NCBI GenBank assembly: GCA_963840455.1
Contig: CAWIYV010000007.1
Span: 509,022 to 573,021 of the forward strand
Length of the DNA: 64,000 nucleotides
DNA from: Nitrospirota bacterium
Lineage (GTDB): Bacteria; Nitrospirota; UBA9217
Direction of reading: 5' to 3'
Part shown: positions 21,228 through 32,276 of the stretch, piece after piece
Layout: each line of letters starts with the position of its first letter
Numbering within the stretch: the first letter of the stretch is position 1
The notes under the pieces: generated by a model
Seen by the model: only the letters and a program-made list of their open reading frames with translations
Told to the model about the DNA's origin: nothing
Database searches by the model: none
Position numbers and translations under genes: made by a program

Positions 21228-23567
21228 TCAGAATTGCGTGCCAATCGAGAATTCGAAGGCGCTTCGCTGATCCGAGGGCTGTTGATGGATGATATAGCCC
21301 CATTCGAATCGGAGCGGACCCATAGGCGACAGCCACCAGAATCCCCAGCCGTAAGTGTGCCGCAGCTGTCCTATGCTGTAAGGCTCCGAATCAGCAAACC
21401 CCTTGCCCATATCATAGAACAAGAGTCCCTTGAGCCGCGCCGCGGGCACGATGGGGAACGTAAACTCGAAGTTGAAGATCAGTTCCTTGTCGCCGCCCAC
21501 CCGGACCAGTGTTCCATCGGGGGCGACTTCCATGGGGCCCGCGGTCCCGTACCGGAACCCGCGGACCGAGCCTGCACCGCCCACAAAGAACTTCTCTCCG
21601 GTCGGTATCGGGAGGTCGCTGAGCGTATAAGCATAGCCCATCCGGCCGCGGGTCATGAAGACCGTGTCCCAGAAGAGCGGGAAGTACCAGGCCGAGTCAA
21701 CAACGGACTTGATGAAATTGGGATCGCCGCCAAGAGGTCCGCCGGCATACTGCACGAATGCGGTGTTCTTCGAGCCTGTTTTGGGATCAAGATAGAAGTC
21801 ACGGGAGTCCCGGGTCAGGGTGCCCGTCAGCGAATTGGTCGCTACGACGCTCCCGTAGCTGTCAAGCTGTTTCTGCAGGGTGTACGAAGGCGATCTAGTG
21901 ATGTTGTAGACATCGGATTCGTCCATGCTGAAGCGAAGCGATGCGGACACATATTCCGAGTAGCTCTTGCCGACGCCGAGGCCGAACCCGTTGGTCTTGA
22001 TAAAGTAGCCGTCGTATTCCTGGTCCGTGTGATACAGGTCGACCCTGCCCCAGACCGGCCTGTCGAACAGGTAGGGTTCCATGAAGCTCACCTGGTACAG
22101 GCGCCGGACAGAGCCCCACTGGACCTTGAATTTGAGCAGCTGGCCCCGCCCCCCCAGGTTGCCCTGGGTGACCTCGGCCATGGCCATGAGCTTGTCCACG
22201 GAGCTGTATCCTCCGCCGACGCTCAGGTTGCCGGTCATTTTTTCCTTCACCTTCACGTTCAGGTCCATGACAGGCTCCTGCAGCCTGCGCTCGGGAACGA
22301 TGTCGACGGCTTCGAAGAAGTTCAGGTTGTTGATCCGTTCATAGCTCCGTTTGAGCGCCTTCTTGCTGTACAGGTCCCCTTCGTCCAGCCGCATCTCCCG
22401 CCGGATCACCTTGTCGCGGCTTTTGTTGTTCCCCGTGATGTCGATCCTGCCGATGCGCACTTCGCCGCCCTCCTGGATCTCGATCGTGAGAGCGACGGTC
22501 CTTTTCTCCTCATCGATGTTGAACAGCGGGACGACACTGGCAAAGGGGCGGGAGATGGCATCGTACCGGTCCATGATCCGGGCGACATCCTGCCGCAGGA
22601 CCTCCCTGCTGAAGATATCGCCCTGCTTGAGCTTGATCTCCCTCAGCAGCTCATCACTGCTGATGATGATGTTGCCTTTCATCGTCACGGAGCCTATGCG
22701 GAACTGGTTGCCCTCCTGGACATGGATGCGCAGAGCGACCTCGTTCGTGGTCGTGTAGGTCTCGATCTGGCTTGCGCTGAGCATGTAGGTATGCTCCGTG
22801 AATGGACGCTCTTCAATGATTGGGTCGTTCACCTGGACCTGGATGTATCCCCGGTTGTAGTAGAGGTTCTTTATGGATTCGACGTCTTCCTTGAGATCCT
22901 CCGATCGCAGCGTTCCGCTGTTCCCCAAAAAGGAGAAGATCCAGTGCTCCTGGTTCTTCATGACGTCCTTGATCTCGTCGGACGAGATGGCATGGTTGCC
23001 GGACAGGATGATTTCGCTTAAGGTGATGTTCTCGCCCTCTTCGATGTAATACACGATGTTCTTGTCGCCGCCCCGGAGCTCGACGATCACGGGCACGACA
23101 ACGGCGTGATAGTATCCCTTGTCCTGATACTTGGTGCGTATCTTCTGGGCGTTGTCCAGGACCAGCTGCTGGTTGAACGCCGTCCGTGGCAGCAGCGTAA
23201 CGATCTCCTTCAGCGTTTCCGCGGTAACTTCGGTGTTCCCTTCATAACTGATCTCCCGGATAAGCGGTTTTTCCTTGACCCAGATGATCACCTTGAGACC
23301 CTTTTCAAAGCCCTCGGTCTTCACCTGAACATCCTCGAAGTGGCCGAGCTGATAAAGGGTCCGGATGTCCTCTTTCACCTGCGCCGGGGAGAAAACCGAT
23401 CCTTCACGGGTCTTGATCTTTGCGAGGATCGTTGCCGTCTCGATCCGCCGGTTCCCCTGGACCTCGATCAGTGTGACAGTCACTTCTTCGGCAGGAGCAA
23501 TGACGGGGACCGACGCAAGAAGCACCAGGAATGCAAGCAGCCAGGCAGCCCTATGCGGATTGAACAA
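21228..23567 (-). CDS. bamA: outer membrane protein assembly factor
   Basis: POTRA repeats, VRGF motif, C-terminal F; probable TTG start 23567 after GGAGG (ORF open to 23639). Confidence 0.95.
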   Translation of the reverse strand: MFNPHRAAWLLAFLVLLASVPVIAPAEEVTVTLIEVQGNRRIETATILAKIKTREGSVFSPAQVKEDIRTLYQLGHFEDVQVKTEGFEKGLKVIIWVKEKPLIREISYEGNTEVTAETLKEIVTLLPRTAFNQQLVLDNAQKIRTKYQDKGYYHAVVVPVIVELRGGDKNIVYYIEEGENITLSEIILSGNHAISSDEIKDVMKNQEHWIFSFLGNSGTLRSEDLKEDVESIKNLYYNRGYIQVQVNDPIIEERPFTEHTYMLSASQIETYTTTNEVALRIHVQEGNQFRIGSVTMKGNIIISSDELLREIKLKQGDIFSREVLRQDVARIMDRYDAISRPFASVVPLFNIDEEKRTVALTIEIQEGGEVRIGRIDITGNNKSRDKVIRREMRLDEGDLYSKKALKRSYERINNLNFFEAVDIVPERRLQEPVMDLNVKVKEKMTGNLSVGGGYSSVDKLMAMAEVTQGNLGGRGQLLKFKVQWGSVRRLYQVSFMEPYLFDRPVWGRVDLYHTDQEYDGYFIKTNGFGLGVGKSYSEYVSASLRFSMDESDVYNITRSPSYTLQKQLDSYGSVVATNSLTGTLTRDSRDFYLDPKTGSKNTAFVQYAGGPLGGDPNFIKSVVDSAWYFPLFWDTVFMTRGRMGYAYTLSDLPIPTGEKFFVGGAGSVRGFRYGTAGPMEVAPDGTLVRVGGDKELIFNFEFTFPIVPAARLKGLLFYDMGKGFADSEPYSIGQLRHTYGWGFWWLSPMGPLRFEWGYIIHQQPSDQRSAFEFSIGTQF

Positions 23568-23642
23568 GATGATACGGTCCTCCCAGTTCCCTGAATAAAA
23601 ACAAACCAATATAGCATTAACTGGTGAAGCTGTAAACAAAAT

Positions 23643-24773
23643 TCATGGGAGGATGCTGGTTAGGGCCTCGTTGGAAAGCAGAAACCCCCGCATGGTAAGC
23701 GAGAGCCTGGTGTTCTCGATCTGGAAGAGTCCCGAGCCGCCAAGTTTCTCGATCTTCTTCCGGAGGTTGTTCGCCGCGTCCGGTCCGAACATCCGGTCAT
23801 AATGGTCCAGGTCGATGCCGGCTGTCCTGCGGAGCCCCAGGAACAGCGTCTCCGCTGCCGATTGGTCCCGGTTCAGCACTTCTCTGGTGTCGACCGCAGG
23901 AATGCCGCCCGTCGTGCGCGTGATGTACCCGTTGACATCTGCGATGGTCATCGAGCGCGTATTCCCGATGAAGGACCATGAACCAGGGCCCAGACCCAGG
24001 TACTCGCCGCGGTCCCAGTAATTGCAATTATGCCTGCATTCTCGGCCGGGGACGCAGAAGTTCGAGATCTCGTATTGACGCAATCCTGCTTCGCCAAGGG
24101 ACCGTATCGCCGAGCAATACATGCGCTCCACAATTTCATCATCGGGCAGCATGAACCTGCCTGCACGGGCTTCACGGCTCAACGGAGACCCTTCATCAAG
24201 GGACAGGCTATAAACGGAAAGATGGTCCGGTTCGAGGGAAAGTGCCGCTTCGATGGTTCTCTGCCATTGCTCTTCGGTCTGCTCCGGGACACCGTAGATC
24301 AGATCGATTCCAATGTTTTCGAACCCTGCTTCACGGGCAGCACGCACGGCGGCGAACGCTTTGCCGGCAGAATGGGTCCTGCCGAGCACTGCAAGGACCT
24401 GGTCGGAGAACGACTGAACCCCGATACTGAAACGGGTCACGCCGCGGTCCTTGAGCAGATCGAGCGTGCTTGCCGTGATCGTGCCGGGATTCGATTCGAC
24501 GGTGATCTCGGCATCCCCTGACAGGGGGAGATGCTCTTCCATGAGATCGAAGAGACGGGAGAACTGGCTCAGGGAAAGCGTTGTGGGAGTGCCCCCGCCG
24601 ATATAGATGCTGCTGAACAGTCTGTCCTGAAGATTGCGGGAACAGCTCTTCATTTCGATATCGAGGGCAGATAGAAAACGGTCTGCCAACGCAGTGTCGT
24701 AGTGTGTTGAATAAAAACCACAGTATGGGCATTTATTGACACAAAATGGAATATGAATATACGCAGATAACAT
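23643..24773 (-). CDS. hemW: radical SAM heme chaperone (HemN-like)
   Basis: YIHIPFC-x3-CPYC, GGGTP, YEISNF, HN.NYW. Confidence 0.9.
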   Translation of the reverse strand: MLSAYIHIPFCVNKCPYCGFYSTHYDTALADRFLSALDIEMKSCSRNLQDRLFSSIYIGGGTPTTLSLSQFSRLFDLMEEHLPLSGDAEITVESNPGTITASTLDLLKDRGVTRFSIGVQSFSDQVLAVLGRTHSAGKAFAAVRAAREAGFENIGIDLIYGVPEQTEEQWQRTIEAALSLEPDHLSVYSLSLDEGSPLSREARAGRFMLPDDEIVERMYCSAIRSLGEAGLRQYEISNFCVPGRECRHNCNYWDRGEYLGLGPGSWSFIGNTRSMTIADVNGYITRTTGGIPAVDTREVLNRDQSAAETLFLGLRRTAGIDLDHYDRMFGPDAANNLRKKIEKLGGSGLFQIENTRLSLTMRGFLLSNEALTSILP

Positions 24774-24869
24774 ATTGTTTTTTAACAGCAAAATAAACTC
24801 ATACGGCAGCAATTCTTGTTGCGCAGTTTCATATAAAGCAATAGGTGTGCCATTGGTATCCGTGCCAGG

Positions 24870-25328
24870 CTACTTCTGGGGCAAGGTGATGATCAGTGAA
24901 GACTCATCGCAGTTCGGGAACTTTACACAGTTGAGGCAGTCCGTCCAGATCTTGTGGGGGAGCTCTTTCTTGTCTATCGCTTCGAAGCCGAGCTTCCGAA
25001 AGAAGCCTTCCTGATAGGTGAGCACGAAGACCCGTGTCGCGCCGAGGTCGCCGGCCTCCCGGAGACATTCCTTGACGAGGCTGGAACCGATACCCTTTCC
25101 CGTCATCTCCTTCTGGACTGCGAGCGAGCGGATCTCGGCAAGACCGTCCCAGCTGATGTGGAGCGCGCAGACCCCTCCCATGAGGCCTTCGGTCTCATAG
25201 ACTGAGAAGTCTCGCAGGTCCTCATAGAGCTCATTCAGTGAGCGTGGCAGCATCTGTCCCTGGTCTGCGTACGCATTAACAAGGGCTTGGATGGACCTCA
25301 CGTCGCTGATCCGTGCCTTTCGAATCAT
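24870..25328 (-). CDS. GNAT N-acetyltransferase (short ArgA-like amino-acid acetyltransferase)
   Basis: MLPRS, AEIRSLAV, FVLTY, LPHKIW.DC..C.KFP.CDE. Confidence 0.88.
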   Translation of the reverse strand: MIRKARISDVRSIQALVNAYADQGQMLPRSLNELYEDLRDFSVYETEGLMGGVCALHISWDGLAEIRSLAVQKEMTGKGIGSSLVKECLREAGDLGATRVFVLTYQEGFFRKLGFEAIDKKELPHKIWTDCLNCVKFPNCDESSLIITLPQK

Positions 25329-25334
25329 GCAGCA

Positions 25335-25363
25335 AGAGTACCTTTTCGGCCGGCCCTTGTCAA
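25335..25363 (-). promoter_or_regulatory. sigma70 promoter, probably leaderless transcript
   Basis: TTGACA-17-TACTCT, 6 nt before the ATG; no SD. Confidence 0.6.
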
Positions 25364-25570
25364 TAGAGTTCCTCCCTGGGCATTCCTTCCTGATGATGGC
25401 TGTTCAAGGTCTTGAGATGGCTCACCAGAGTGCATTTCTTGCTGACTGCATCCCTCCTGAAGCGTCATGCGGCGGCCCTCCTGCCGTCTCCACGCGACCA
25501 ATTTCCCACAAAGGTTATCAGGGAATCTCATATGACCATTGCATCAGATAAGAGGAAAATCAACCAGCTA

Positions 25571-25600
25571 TTGACTTTAAAAGGTTGAATGGAGTATATT
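25571..25600 (+). promoter_or_regulatory. sigma70 promoter for clpC
   Basis: TTGACT-18-TATATT. Confidence 0.55.
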
Positions 25601-25645
25601 TTAACCAAAGGTCAACACATTCTTTTTTTGAAGGCGGTTGCCCGT

Positions 25646-28087
25646 ATGATGTTTGAGAAGTTCACTGAACGTGGAAGAAAAGTCATCGTCTATGCCCGCG
25701 AGGAGGCAGAACGCCTGCAGAACGATTACCTCGGGACGGAGCACATTCTGCTCGGCACGCTCCGCGAAGAGGACGGCATTCCTGTCGCGGTCCTGAGGAA
25801 GATGGGCATCGACATCGATCAGATCCGTGTCGAAGTGGAGCGCAATCTTCCTTCAAGCGGCAATACCCTGACGTTCGGCGACATCCCTTTCACGCCTCGC
25901 GCGAAGAAGGTCCTCGAGTATGCTGTCGAGGAGGCCCGGTTACTCGGGCACAACTACATCGGGAGCGAACACCTGCTGCTTGGCCTGATCCGTGAGGAGG
26001 AAGGCATCGGCGGAAAGATCCTCAGAAGCTTCGGCGTGAACCTTCTCGGTTCCCGTCAGCTGGTCATCAACTATCTTCGCCGTTCCGCGACCCAGATGAC
26101 GGCGAAGAAGAGCCCTACCCCCGCCCTCGATGAGTTCAGCAGGGACCTCACGCTCCTCGCGAAGAGCGGCAAGCTGGACCCGGTGATCGGACGTGATAAG
26201 GAGATCGACCGCGTCCTGCAGATACTTTCCCGCCGCACCAAGAACAATCCGGTTATCATCGGCGAGGCGGGCATCGGGAAAACCGCCATTGTGGAAGGCC
26301 TCGCGCAGCGAATCGTGAGTTCCGACGTGCCGGAGAACGTATTGAACCGCCGCGTGGTCTCATTGGACCTCGGTGCGCTTATCGCAGGCACCAAATATCG
26401 GGGCCAGTTCGAGGAGCGCCTTAAGATCGTGATGAAAGAGATCGTGCAGGCCGACAATATCATTCTTTTCATCGATGAGCTGCATACGCTGGTCGGCGCC
26501 GGTGCTGCCGAAGGCTCTATCGATGCGTCAAGCATGCTGAAGCCGGCCCTTGCCCGCGGCGAGATCCAATGCATCGGCGCGACGACCCTCGACGAGTTCC
26601 GCAAGCACATTGAGAAGGACGGCGCCCTGAAGCGGCGCTTCCAGCCGATCTACGTTCAGCCGCCAAGCGTCGAGGAGACCATCAATATCATCAAGGGGCT
26701 GCGTCCGAAATATGAAGCGCACCACAAGGTGAAGATCATCGACGAGGCGATCGTTGCCGCTGCACAGCTCTCCGACCGGTACATTACCGACCGTTTCCTG
26801 CCCGACAAGGCCATCGATGTCATCGACGAAGCAGGCGCCAAGGCCAAGCTCACCCGGAATACCTATCCCGTCGAGCTGAAGAACATCGAAAAAAAGCTGA
26901 AGAAGCTCGAACAGGAGAAGAACCTCTTCACCCGGATCAAGGACTATGTCCGCGTTGAATCGCTTCAGGAGGAGGAGGACAACCTGCGAGAGGCCCTTGA
27001 CGGGATCCACAAGGACTGGAAGGACTCACAGGAGAAGAACGTTCCGGTCATCGGTGAGGAGGAGATCGCCCTCATTGTGTCCAATAGCACAGGGATCCCC
27101 CTCGCGAAGCTTGAGGAAAAAGAGGTGTCGCGCCTGCTCAGGATGGAGGAGGAACTGCACAAGCGGGTCGTGGGACAGGACGAGGCCATTGTGGCCGTAT
27201 CACGCGCGATCCGGCGTTCACGGGTCGGGCTCAAGGCACGGAGACAGCCCATCGGCTCCTTTATCTTCCTGGGGCCCACCGGTGTCGGCAAGACGGAGCT
27301 GGCACGTTCGCTGGCGACCTTCCTCTTTGACAGCGAGGACGCCCTGATCCGTGTCGACATGTCGGAGTACATGGAAAAGTTCAGCTCCTCGCGTCTCGTC
27401 GGGTCCCCTCCTGGATACGTGGGATACGACGAAGGCGGCCAGCTCACGGAGAAGATCAGGAGGAGGCCGTATTCCGTCGTTCTCTTCGACGAGATCGAGA
27501 AGGCCCATCCCGATATTTTCAATATGCTCCTGCAGGTCCTTGATGACGGGTACCTGACCGACAGCGTCGGCAGGAAGGTTGATTTCAAAAACACCGTCGT
27601 CATCATGACGTCCAACCTGGGCGCACGGATGATCGACAAGGACACCACGCTCGGGTTCCGCCAGGACACTTCCAAGAGCCAGTACAGCAAGATGAAGGAG
27701 AATGTCATTTCCGAGCTGAAACGGTCATTCAATCCCGAGTTTCTCAACCGGATCGACGATATCGTCGTCTTCCATCCGCTGACGAACCCTCATCTCCTCC
27801 AGATCGTAGATATGCTGGTCAACGAGCTGAACATTCAGATGCTTCAGAGCCGCAATATCCATATCGAGGTCGCGCAGGAGGTCAAGGAATGGCTCATCCG
27901 GGAGAACTTCCAGCCGACCTACGGCGCCCGGCCGATGAGGCGCGCGATCCAGAAGCATATCACCGACCCGCTCTCCGAGGAGATGCTCCGAGGCAAGTTC
28001 AAGGACGCCCAGAAGGTCGTGGTAACGATGAAAAATGATATGATCGAGTTCCAGGAGGTAGAATCAGACGTGCTTGCAAAGGTTTGA
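25646..28087 (+). CDS. clpC: ATP-dependent Clp protease ATP-binding subunit
   Basis: MFEKFT start, two Clp-N repeats, two AAA+ modules ([17 protein letters not shown]), short middle coiled coil. Confidence 0.94.
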   Translation: MMFEKFTERGRKVIVYAREEAERLQNDYLGTEHILLGTLREEDGIPVAVLRKMGIDIDQIRVEVERNLPSSGNTLTFGDIPFTPRAKKVLEYAVEEARLLGHNYIGSEHLLLGLIREEEGIGGKILRSFGVNLLGSRQLVINYLRRSATQMTAKKSPTPALDEFSRDLTLLAKSGKLDPVIGRDKEIDRVLQILSRRTKNNPVIIGEAGIGKTAIVEGLAQRIVSSDVPENVLNRRVVSLDLGALIAGTKYRGQFEERLKIVMKEIVQADNIILFIDELHTLVGAGAAEGSIDASSMLKPALARGEIQCIGATTLDEFRKHIEKDGALKRRFQPIYVQPPSVEETINIIKGLRPKYEAHHKVKIIDEAIVAAAQLSDRYITDRFLPDKAIDVIDEAGAKAKLTRNTYPVELKNIEKKLKKLEQEKNLFTRIKDYVRVESLQEEEDNLREALDGIHKDWKDSQEKNVPVIGEEEIALIVSNSTGIPLAKLEEKEVSRLLRMEEELHKRVVGQDEAIVAVSRAIRRSRVGLKARRQPIGSFIFLGPTGVGKTELARSLATFLFDSEDALIRVDMSEYMEKFSSSRLVGSPPGYVGYDEGGQLTEKIRRRPYSVVLFDEIEKAHPDIFNMLLQVLDDGYLTDSVGRKVDFKNTVVIMTSNLGARMIDKDTTLGFRQDTSKSQYSKMKENVISELKRSFNPEFLNRIDDIVVFHPLTNPHLLQIVDMLVNELNIQMLQSRNIHIEVAQEVKEWLIRENFQPTYGARPMRRAIQKHITDPLSEEMLRGKFKDAQKVVVTMKNDMIEFQEVESDVLAKV

Positions 28088-28123
28088 TGCCCTGAATCGG
28101 CGGTACGTTGCTGAATGCTCATG

Positions 28124-28157
28124 ACGCACGGGAGACAAGCTCTCACGTGCGTTTTTT
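28124..28157 (+). terminator. intrinsic terminator after clpC
   Basis: acgcacgggaga/tctcacgtgcgt stem followed by T-tract. Confidence 0.75.
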
Positions 28158-28473
28158 ATTGTCTGCGGAACATTACAGAGAACAGAGAGCTTCAACGTTG
28201 CCTGGTGCGCAAGGTAAACGACATTAGGAATGACGCCCAAGGCAGAGAATCAAGTTTCCGTGATGGGTAGTTCCACGATCAGAGTGTTTGCCACCGTATT
28301 GCTGACAGGACAGAGAAAGCATGGAGGTACGGAGCGGATTCAGACGCATGCACACGAGCAGAGGGAAGAGGAAGACACGAGCGTGAACACGATGGCGGAA
28401 ACACGGCCGCCAGGCGGTTAGATCCACCCCTGTCGAAAACCGTGGATTGGCTCCTTTCAGGATATTTTGATCA

Positions 28474-29691
28474 TCATCGAAGTTTATCAGCAACGCGCTG
28501 CCCCGCCTGCAGCGACTGGTGAAGCGCTCGGGACGAATCAGGCAATAGATAGAGATTATCTATCGAATTGGGAACAGGGAGTTTCACGGCGCTCAGCGGA
28601 TCAGGTAACGATACCGTAACCTCTTTCGGAAGAGCATACTCTCGCGCTTGATGGTCTTGCTCATCGGCTATGACGATAAAATCGGAAAGGAACGGAATTA
28701 CTGACTCAATATGCTCTCGGAGCCTTTCCCGTGATGCTCCCAGAACGGTAAGCGGCATCGTTCCTTCCGGAGCACCACTGTTGCTCCTGTCGTGCGGAAG
28801 TGCCAGGATCACCGTGTCTTCCGGCTTACCATAATCGGGCAGGTAGATCACCGTCGATGCCATGCCGACGGGAATGACCTCCTCCCGGACACTGATGAAC
28901 ATTGTATGCTCCTGCGGCTGCCAGGCGGTATTGATGACGATCGATCGCGGTTCGATGGCCCCCTGTGGCGTCTTGACAGCTGATATGCGGCGGCGCCGGA
29001 AGATCAGTTCAGGCCACGGCTCTCGCAGACGTAGGTCGCCCTGGTGCTCTCCAAGGGCGGAAAGCAGACGTTCGGCGATAGGGCCGAGACCTCCTGGGAA
29101 TGTCCGGGGCGGAGCGGTCAGCAACAAGACCAGAGAGGCTAGGGGTAAGTGCCGGATGCTCTGCCCGAAGAAGAAGCGTGATTGCACATCGAAGTAGGCG
29201 GTGAGCTCCCGGCTGAAACGGCAGGATCGAAGGTACGCATCGGCTGACCGATGTCCGAGAATATAGGAGGATAGAACACTCTTGGAGGCCTTTAGGGCAA
29301 GCCTGTTCGCATCATCGTAAAGCCATGAAAGCCTGTCGATCTCACGGGGGAACTCGCGGCGCAATTCAGCCAGCATCTCGTGGACGTTGGGCGAGACGGT
29401 AATACGCCGGTCGGGCAGGGCCACCTGGAACCGGGATGCTGCCGGGATCTGGTCCGGGGAGAGGCCGAGACCTGTGAAGAATGCCTGGGCAGGACTGCCG
29501 GCTTCAAAGCCGTAGCCAATGTTCGGACCGGCAATGAACCGGAACCGGTCTTTCACCCGTTCCGCTGCGGCTCCCCCTGCCTTTTCTCCCGGATCGACGA
29601 CAATGACCTTTTTGCCTGCCTTCGCCAGCAGGGCCGCTGCGTACAGACCGGAGATCCCGGCCCCGATGAACGCTACATCGTATTTCGGCAC
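28474..29691 (-). CDS. FAD/NAD(P)-dependent oxidoreductase (phytoene dehydrogenase-like)
   Basis: N-terminal IGAGISGL...GG Rossmann motif. Confidence 0.75.
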   Translation of the reverse strand: MPKYDVAFIGAGISGLYAAALLAKAGKKVIVVDPGEKAGGAAAERVKDRFRFIAGPNIGYGFEAGSPAQAFFTGLGLSPDQIPAASRFQVALPDRRITVSPNVHEMLAELRREFPREIDRLSWLYDDANRLALKASKSVLSSYILGHRSADAYLRSCRFSRELTAYFDVQSRFFFGQSIRHLPLASLVLLLTAPPRTFPGGLGPIAERLLSALGEHQGDLRLREPWPELIFRRRRISAVKTPQGAIEPRSIVINTAWQPQEHTMFISVREEVIPVGMASTVIYLPDYGKPEDTVILALPHDRSNSGAPEGTMPLTVLGASRERLREHIESVIPFLSDFIVIADEQDHQAREYALPKEVTVSLPDPLSAVKLPVPNSIDNLYLLPDSSRALHQSLQAGQRVADKLR

Positions 29692-29708
29692 ATCACCCTC
29701 CGCACAAC

Positions 29709-29749
29709 AAAAAAAGGAAACAGGACCGTTGTCGGAATCCTATTTCCTT
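29709..29749 (-). terminator. intrinsic terminator after pnp
   Basis: aaggaaatagga/tcctgtttcctt stem plus T-tract on minus strand. Confidence 0.75.
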
Positions 29750-29784
29750 GTCATCATGGGGTTTCTGCCCAGAGGCATCAGGTG

Positions 29785-31881
29785 CTATTTTGCTTTTCCC
29801 TGTTCCCGCATGGCTTCCTTCCGGGAGAGGCGGATCTTGCCCTGACGGTCGATCTCAAGCACCTTGACCAGCACTTCGTCGCCTTCTTTCAATTCATCGG
29901 TCACTTTTTCCAGGCGGTGCTCCGATATCTGCGAAATATGGAGGAGTCCGTCGGTGCCGGGGAATATCTCCACGAAAGCGCCGAAATCCATGATCTTCCG
30001 GACCTTGCCCATGTAGAGCTTGCCGACCTCGGCGTCCTGAACGATTCCCTTGATGATCTCCTTGGCCTTGTTGGCGGCGGCCTCATCGGAGGAGGCGATG
30101 TTGATGATACCGCTGTCCTCGATGTCGATCTTGGCGCCGGTCTGCTCGACGATGCTGCGGATCACCTTGCCGCCGCTGCCGATGACGTCCTTGATCTTGT
30201 CCGGATTGATCTGCATGGTTATGATGCGCGGAGCGTAGGGGTTCAGGTTCTTACGCGGCGCGGCAAGGGCCTCAAGCATTTTCCCGAGTATGTGCAGCCT
30301 TCCCTGCTTGGCCTGTTCAAGAGCGGTCCGCATAACGCTGATCGTGATGCCCTCGATCTTCATGTCCATCTGGAGAGCGGTGATACCCTTGCTGGTTCCG
30401 GTCACCTTGAAGTCCATGTCGCCGAGGTGGTCTTCGAGGCCGAGGATGTCGGAGAGCACGATGACCTTGTCGCCTTCCTTGATCAGCCCCATGGCGATGC
30501 CCGCCACGGGAGCCTTGATCGGAACGCCGGCATCCATGAGGGACAGGGTCCCGCCGCAGACCGTGGCCATCGACGATGAGCCATTGGACTCGAGGATGTC
30601 CGACACGATCCGGATGGTATAAGGAAATTCCAGTTTGGACGGGACCATGGCCTTCAGCGCACGCTCTGCAAGAGCGCCGTGGCCGACCTCCCGCCTTCCC
30701 GGCCCGCGAAGGGGTTTGGTCTCCCCTACGCTGAAGGGCGGGAAGTTGTAATGGAGCATGAAGGTCTTGAAATACTCGCCTTCCAGAGAATCGATACGCT
30801 GCTCGTCCTCGGACGTCCCGAGCGTGGTCACGACCAGCGCCTGTGTTTCGCCCCGGGTAAAGAGCGCCGATCCGTGCGTCCGGGGAAGTAGACCGACAAG
30901 AGACGTGATCGGCCTGATCTCGTCCGGCTTTCTGCCGTCTGCACGGGTGTTTTTTTCCAGGATGATCTTGCGGACCTCGTCCTTTTCGATATTGAAGAAG
31001 ATCGCCGCGATCTGACGTCCCCGCGTCGGATCATCCTCTTTCTTCAGTTTCTGTTTGATCTCATCGAGGAGGACATCGAGGGTCTTCTGCCGTTCCATCT
31101 TGTCAGGAATGATGATCGAGGTCTTGAGCCGGTCAATGGCAAGGGCTGCAACCTGTTTTTCCAGTTCCTTGTCTATTTCCACGACCTTGACGGACCGCTT
31201 GGCCTTGCCTACCTTCGCGACCAACTCCAGCTGGAGAGCGACGATCTTCTTGATCTCGCGGTGCGCTGTCTCGAGGGCTTCGAGCATCTGGTCCTCGGAG
31301 AGTTCGCTGGCTCCGCCTTCTACCATCATGATGGCGTCGGCAGTGCCCGCGACGACGAGATTCAGGGACGAGGCTGCGATCTCCTTGAAGCCCGGGTTGA
31401 TGCAGAACTTTCCGTCGATGTAGCCGACGCGTACCGCGCCCACCGGCCCGTTGAACGGGATATCGGAGATCGATACGGCCGATGATGACGCGATCATGCC
31501 CATAAGGTCCGAGGCGCTCTCGTCACCGAGGGACAGGACCGATGCAATGACCTGCGTGTCGAAATAATAACCGTCCGGGAAGAGCGGCCGGAGCGGGCGG
31601 TCGATGAGCCTCGAGGTGAGGATCTCCTTCTCGGTCTGCCTGCCTTCACGCTTGAAGAATCCGCCGGGAATCTTTCCCGCGGAGTAGGCCTTTTCCTGGT
31701 AATCAACGGTGAGAGGAAGGAAATCGACATTCTCCCGCTCAACCTTCGACGAAACGGCCGTCGACAGTACCACGGTATCCCCATACCGTGCCACGACCGC
31801 ACCGCCTGCCTGCTTTGCCATGACGCCTGTTTCCAGGATAAGACGCTTTCCGCCTATTTCAGTCTCTACTGTTGTTGCCAT
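29785..31881 (-). CDS. pnp: polyribonucleotide nucleotidyltransferase
   Basis: FLPLTVDYQE, RREVGHG, ESNGSSSMA, GDMDFKV, KH and S1 domains. Confidence 0.98.
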   Translation of the reverse strand: MATTVETEIGGKRLILETGVMAKQAGGAVVARYGDTVVLSTAVSSKVERENVDFLPLTVDYQEKAYSAGKIPGGFFKREGRQTEKEILTSRLIDRPLRPLFPDGYYFDTQVIASVLSLGDESASDLMGMIASSSAVSISDIPFNGPVGAVRVGYIDGKFCINPGFKEIAASSLNLVVAGTADAIMMVEGGASELSEDQMLEALETAHREIKKIVALQLELVAKVGKAKRSVKVVEIDKELEKQVAALAIDRLKTSIIIPDKMERQKTLDVLLDEIKQKLKKEDDPTRGRQIAAIFFNIEKDEVRKIILEKNTRADGRKPDEIRPITSLVGLLPRTHGSALFTRGETQALVVTTLGTSEDEQRIDSLEGEYFKTFMLHYNFPPFSVGETKPLRGPGRREVGHGALAERALKAMVPSKLEFPYTIRIVSDILESNGSSSMATVCGGTLSLMDAGVPIKAPVAGIAMGLIKEGDKVIVLSDILGLEDHLGDMDFKVTGTSKGITALQMDMKIEGITISVMRTALEQAKQGRLHILGKMLEALAAPRKNLNPYAPRIITMQINPDKIKDVIGSGGKVIRSIVEQTGAKIDIEDSGIINIASSDEAAANKAKEIIKGIVQDAEVGKLYMGKVRKIMDFGAFVEIFPGTDGLLHISQISEHRLEKVTDELKEGDEVLVKVLEIDRQGKIRLSRKEAMREQGKAK

Positions 31882-31922
31882 GCACCCTCATTTCCGTAAG
31901 TACATCGATAGTGTTCGCCCTA

Positions 31923-32186
31923 TTACTTCCGCAAGCCGAGCTTGTCAACGATCTGACGATACCGTTCCAGATCATTGACGCGCAGGTATTCCAGATGACG
32001 CCGGCGCTGGCCGACCATCTTGAGAAGGCCCCGCCGCGAATGGTGGTCCTGCTTGTGCGCCTGCAGATGTTCGGTCAGGTGGTTGATGCGCCCGCTCAGG
32101 AGCGCGATCTGAACCTCCGGGGAACCGGTATCCGAGGCGTGTCTGCGGTAGGTCGAGATCGTGTTCGTTTTCTTTTCCTTGTCCAT
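31923..32186 (-). CDS. rpsO: 30S ribosomal protein S15
   Basis: [20 protein letters not shown]. Confidence 0.98.
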   Translation of the reverse strand: MDKEKKTNTISTYRRHASDTGSPEVQIALLSGRINHLTEHLQAHKQDHHSRRGLLKMVGQRRRHLEYLRVNDLERYRQIVDKLGLRK

Positions 32187-32222
32187 CAGTCACCCCCCTT
32201 TCCATTAAGATTTAAGCATTGC

Positions 32223-32251
32223 AAAATATCATATTTACAAGTGCTTGTAAA
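32223..32251 (-). promoter_or_regulatory. rpsO promoter with overlapping palindrome
   Basis: TTTACA-17-TATTTT; inverted repeat tttacaag-tg-cttgtaaa at 32234-32251. Confidence 0.5.
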
Positions 32252-32276
32252 GCATTTTATGCGATATCGGGAAAAT

